From an uncultured Erysipelotrichaceae bacterium (GTDB taxonomy: Bacteria > Bacillota_I > Bacilli_A > RF39 > UBA660), in contig CACYFN010000006.1 in assembly GCA_902773675.1 (NCBI GenBank), positions 1 through 60,550 on the forward strand: DNA of 60,550 nucleotides, written 5' to 3'. Each line of letters opens with the position of its first letter. The stretch's first letter is position 1. Both the position numbers and the translations under genes were made by a program. Under the pieces are notes generated by a model that was not told the origin of the DNA, searched no databases, and saw only the letters and a list, made by a program, of their open reading frames with translations. Shown one piece after another: positions 56,959 through 60,550 of this stretch.

Positions 56959-57858
56959 CTAACTCCTTAAATTTTTACTAATCATTTCTATATTTTCAGT
57001 TAATTGTTCAATACGTGCAATAATTCTCCCTGCCTTAACTTCATCAACACCACTTTTACTAATAGAAAGCAATTGCTTAAGTTCATCAATTGTTAAATTA
57101 GATGTAAAAAATGTCGTTAACTTATTATCCATGCGATACTGAAGTAGTGGACATAAAATTTCATCTCTATTCCATTCAGTAACCTTCTCCGCACCTATAT
57201 CATCAATTAATAAAACATTAACATTTTTAACATAATCAAACTTCTCATTAAAATCATCATAAAAAGCTTGTCTTAAAAATTCTGGCCAAAATAAAACTGC
57301 ACTTTTAACTCCATCCTTAGCTAATTCATTTAATATAGCTGATACTAAATATGTTTTACCACATCCAAAATTTCCATGTAAAAATAAACCTTTTTGATGT
57401 GGATTATCCTTATAGTTATCTAAAAAATCTAATAACCAATTAATAACCTTAAATCTTTTTTTATCAGTTTTATATATATCATTAATAGAAGCATTCTTAA
57501 GTTCACTAGGCATATTAAAATACTTTATATTATTTAAATACTTACTCTTATTTACCATCTCATTTTTATATTTACAAGGTTTATATTCAAAAATCAAATT
57601 ATCACCACTAATTCGAGGTAAATAAGCAAAACCTTCCATTTTATTTTTGCAATTAACAATACCTCGACATTTGCTACAATTATTATACTCTTTAGCTGAT
57701 TCTTCTAATAGCGAAGTATACTGCATAAGTATCTTATCATCTAATTTTAACTTAGAAACAAAATCTTTAAAGTTTTTATCTTTTAAACTATCTTTATATT
57801 CTTTATTTAAATCTGTCTTATGATTAACAGTATCTAAACTATTTATTATACTTTGCAT
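56959..57858 (-). CDS. dnaI: primosomal helicase loader DnaI
   Basis: N-terminal zinc-binding Cys cluster (CSKCRG..C..C), Walker A GNFGCGKTYL, Walker B LLIDDIGAE. Confidence 0.8.
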   Translation of the reverse strand: MQSIINSLDTVNHKTDLNKEYKDSLKDKNFKDFVSKLKLDDKILMQYTSLLEESAKEYNNCSKCRGIVNCKNKMEGFAYLPRISGDNLIFEYKPCKYKNEMVNKSKYLNNIKYFNMPSELKNASINDIYKTDKKRFKVINWLLDFLDNYKDNPHQKGLFLHGNFGCGKTYLVSAILNELAKDGVKSAVLFWPEFLRQAFYDDFNEKFDYVKNVNVLLIDDIGAEKVTEWNRDEILCPLLQYRMDNKLTTFFTSNLTIDELKQLLSISKSGVDEVKAGRIIARIEQLTENIEMISKNLRS

Positions 57859-57864
57859 ATATAC

Positions 57865-59142
57865 CTACTTTCTATTTAATCTAGCTTCTAGTGCTTTTAT
57901 ATCATCATCTGTAGCCATTTCTTCTTCAATAGCTTGATCTAACCATTTAGGAGTTACTTTCTTAGTTTCTTTAATCTCCTTCTTAACAGGCTTACGTTTC
58001 TTGTATTCAGTTTCTGCAAGCTTCATCGCATCTTCTACTGTTTCAATATTACTCTTACTCCATTGTGAAGCTATAGTATCAATATAAGCTTTAGTTAATT
58101 TATTATTATTGATCTTTAAAACATAATCTACTAAAACATTAACTACCCCTGGTTTTAAATTAAGATCAACAAGTAAATAAGCTAAAATACTTAAATCATT
58201 ACGAGTAGGATTACCTACTTTATATTTACTTCTTATAAAATCATAAGGACTAGTAGTTTCAAACATATAAATCATCTTTGATCTATTAGAATTATCTAAA
58301 GTATTCTTTCTTAAATATTCTGGTTGATTTTTATAAATTAGACTAGGAAGTTTACCCATATTTTCAAAACTATAATATTTATTCGCATTTTCTAGTAATA
58401 ATTTCTTATCAATTCGATGATTTTCATTAATAGAATTTCTAATTAATTCAACCATGTTATCATTATCATAATTATATATATATGAAACTTTATAAATTAA
58501 CTCCTTAACTTCCTTAGTAATACTTTTAGAACTTAATATATCTTCTGGTATTAAACTTAATATTACATTAATATCAATATCAGTTAATATTTCTAAATTA
58601 CCATACCTAGATTTCTTTAAATCATGAATAATATTACTATTTATAGGAGTACTACTCCATGCAAAAACATCACTAAACTTAGAAGTTATATCTTCATATT
58701 CTCTTAAATTAAACTTAGGTAAAGAAAAATAACTTATCATTTTTTCATATTCTACTTTACCAATATTATTATATAAAGCAGTACTTAATAGTGGATTATT
58801 AATAAAAGCAGAAGCCGATAAAGGAGAATATAATTCATAAACATAGCTATTAATAGTACCAGGCTTTACATAAGTCTTAAGTAAAGATAAAGCTTCTAAC
58901 TTAACCCTAGCATCATCAAATTCATTAACACTAATCATCATATTATTTAAAATATGATTATGAGACCATTCACTTGAAGTAAGTTCATATTTATCTAAAT
59001 AAGACCATAAAGTAAAATACAAACTAATAGCAGTATTACCAACTAATGGTTGATACAATAAATTTAAAATTTTACGGTCAGAATTATGTAGTACTGTTTT
59101 ATTTACTACAATAAAATTATCAGCTGGTAATATTGTATGCAT
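57865..59142 (-). CDS. dnaB: replication initiation and membrane attachment protein (Bacillus-type DnaB)
   Basis: 425 aa with DnaB_2/DnaD-like repeats (..LNLLYQPLVGNTAISLYFTLW.., ..YIDTIASQWSKSNIETVEDAM..). Immediately precedes dnaI, as in the Bacillus dnaB-dnaI operon. Confidence 0.65.
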   Translation of the reverse strand: MHTILPADNFIVVNKTVLHNSDRKILNLLYQPLVGNTAISLYFTLWSYLDKYELTSSEWSHNHILNNMMISVNEFDDARVKLEALSLLKTYVKPGTINSYVYELYSPLSASAFINNPLLSTALYNNIGKVEYEKMISYFSLPKFNLREYEDITSKFSDVFAWSSTPINSNIIHDLKKSRYGNLEILTDIDINVILSLIPEDILSSKSITKEVKELIYKVSYIYNYDNDNMVELIRNSINENHRIDKKLLLENANKYYSFENMGKLPSLIYKNQPEYLRKNTLDNSNRSKMIYMFETTSPYDFIRSKYKVGNPTRNDLSILAYLLVDLNLKPGVVNVLVDYVLKINNNKLTKAYIDTIASQWSKSNIETVEDAMKLAETEYKKRKPVKKEIKETKKVTPKWLDQAIEEEMATDDDIKALEARLNRK

Positions 59143-59754
59143 TTACTTCCTCCTACAAATATCTTTTAATTTACAATTAGTACAATCTGGATTGATAGCT
59201 TTACAATGGTATCTACCAAATAGTACTAATTGATGATGTAAACTAACTAACTTATCTTTAGGAAACATCTTCATAAGTTTCTTTTCAATAATTAAAACAT
59301 CATCACTATCTTTAGCAAGACCAAGTCTTACACTTACTCTTTTAACATGCGTATCAACAGCTATTAAAGGTTCATTAAATAAATTAGCTAAAACAACATT
59401 AGTAGTTTTTCTTCCTACTCCAGGTAAACTTTCTAAATATTCTCGATTATTAGGTACAACACCATCACAATCATTAATTAATCTACTAGCAATCATTTTA
59501 ATATTTTCTGCCTTTTTATTAAATGTACCAATTGGTTTAATTATAGATTTAATATCCTCAATATCAGCATTTTTTATTTCTTTTAAACTAGGATATTTAT
59601 CAAATAAAATACTAGTTACCATATTAACTCTTTTATCAGTTGTTTGAGCACTTAACATAACAGCTATTAATAATTCATAATCTAAATTATAATTTAATTC
59701 ACAACGAGGATTAGGAAAAAGATAATCTAAATAATCAATTATTGTCTGAATCAT
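59143..59754 (-). CDS. nth: endonuclease III
   Basis: LIAVMLSAQTTD, HhH-GPD (LPGVGRKTTNVV), 4Fe-4S cluster C-x6-C-x2-C-x5-C at the C-terminus. Confidence 0.9.
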   Translation of the reverse strand: MIQTIIDYLDYLFPNPRCELNYNLDYELLIAVMLSAQTTDKRVNMVTSILFDKYPSLKEIKNADIEDIKSIIKPIGTFNKKAENIKMIASRLINDCDGVVPNNREYLESLPGVGRKTTNVVLANLFNEPLIAVDTHVKRVSVRLGLAKDSDDVLIIEKKLMKMFPKDKLVSLHHQLVLFGRYHCKAINPDCTNCKLKDICRRK

Positions 59755-60376
59755 TTAACCAATCATAATCAAATAATTCTTGATTTTTACCCTTTTTATT
59801 ATTTTTAAATTCTTTCTTATTTTTTTCAACATCCTCTTTAGTTTTAATACCTTTTTTATTCCATTCATTGATAATTCTATCAATATATCTAAAATTACTA
59901 ACACCATTATATATAGCTTCTTTTAAAGCCAAAATAATTACTTCTTCACTACAAGTAGTAAGCCATCCGTTAATAATTTCATATTCCATAGGAGATAGTG
60001 TTCTACCTAATTCAGTTTCAAATGTATCAAATAATGTTTTAGGTTTTTCTACTTCTTTATCATCTTTTATAATTAAAAAAGCAAGTTTTTCATACAAAGA
60101 ATCTAAATTAATAACCTCTGTTCTAATATTATTAATTTTAGCTAGTTCTACTTTAACAATACCTTTTTCCGTTAAGCTATTAATTAACTCTAATACTTCT
60201 GGAAAAGCAATATCTAAATCACTACCAATCTGTTTAGGATTATATATATTTTCATTAATTAAATAAATTAATACAATAAATTCTAAATCTGTAATATTTA
60301 ACTTTTTATAATTAAATAATAATGTTTTAGATATTTGAATATTAGTAGACTTAAGTAGTTCAATAACCTTATCCAT
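59735..60376 (-). CDS. dnaD: DnaD-domain replication protein
   Basis: Winged-helix N-terminus and DnaD C-terminal domain (LSPMEYEIINGWL..YIDRIINEWNKKGIKT). dnaD-nth adjacency as in Bacillus. The ATG at 60376 follows an AAGGGTGAT SD; the track start is 60394. Confidence 0.7.
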   Translation of the reverse strand: MDKVIELLKSTNIQISKTLLFNYKKLNITDLEFIVLIYLINENIYNPKQIGSDLDIAFPEVLELINSLTEKGIVKVELAKINNIRTEVINLDSLYEKLAFLIIKDDKEVEKPKTLFDTFETELGRTLSPMEYEIINGWLTTCSEEVIILALKEAIYNGVSNFRYIDRIINEWNKKGIKTKEDVEKNKKEFKNNKKGKNQELFDYDWLNDSDNN

Positions 60377-60550
60377 AACTATCACCCTTCTCATAAAATA
60401 TTATACAATAAATTATTATTACATACAAGAAAAAGAAGATTATTTTTCTTCTTTGTTAATTGAAAATGTAAATTGCGGTTAATAATATAAAACTGAAAGT
60501 AAGTCTTTCATCAGTTTTAGTCAAGGGCTAGACTTTAGTCTAGTTAATCT

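Overview
This is a very AT-rich chromosomal segment from an endospore-forming, low-GC Bacillota (Firmicutes) genome, with almost all genes on the minus strand. All homology calls are from memory of family motifs; no searches were run. The core content is xseB-xseA-nusB-spoIIP, mtaB, tcdA, queH, murF, trmK-sigA-dnaG and recO-yqzL-era-cdd-ybeY. It also includes yqfD-yqfC, a germination/cortex cluster (6xLysM protein plus a split sleC), uvdE, lipid-metabolism genes, nrdD-nrdG and dnaD-nth-dnaB-dnaI-mutM. Accessory material is interspersed. It includes a truncated, frameshifted IS transposase at the left edge and a textbook-looking type III toxin-antitoxin locus (ToxN/AbiQ-like toxin preceded by 3.3 perfect 37-nt tandem repeats and an attenuator hairpin). 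There is also a CYTH / Tim44-like four-gene cassette, a Doc/Fic-like gene with an in-frame TGA next to tRNA-Thr(GGU), and a solo tnpB frameshifted in an A-run. An Rpn/PDDEXK_2-like nuclease, a DUF1016 nuclease and several operons of unknown function complete the set. Four oddities affect core genes. The NrdD glycyl-radical domain is a separate 62-aa ORF with its own SD and a (Cys-Glu) repeat tail. SleC is split at the pro/mature junction. Era lacks the G4 NKxD segment. yqfD has no canonical start codon.
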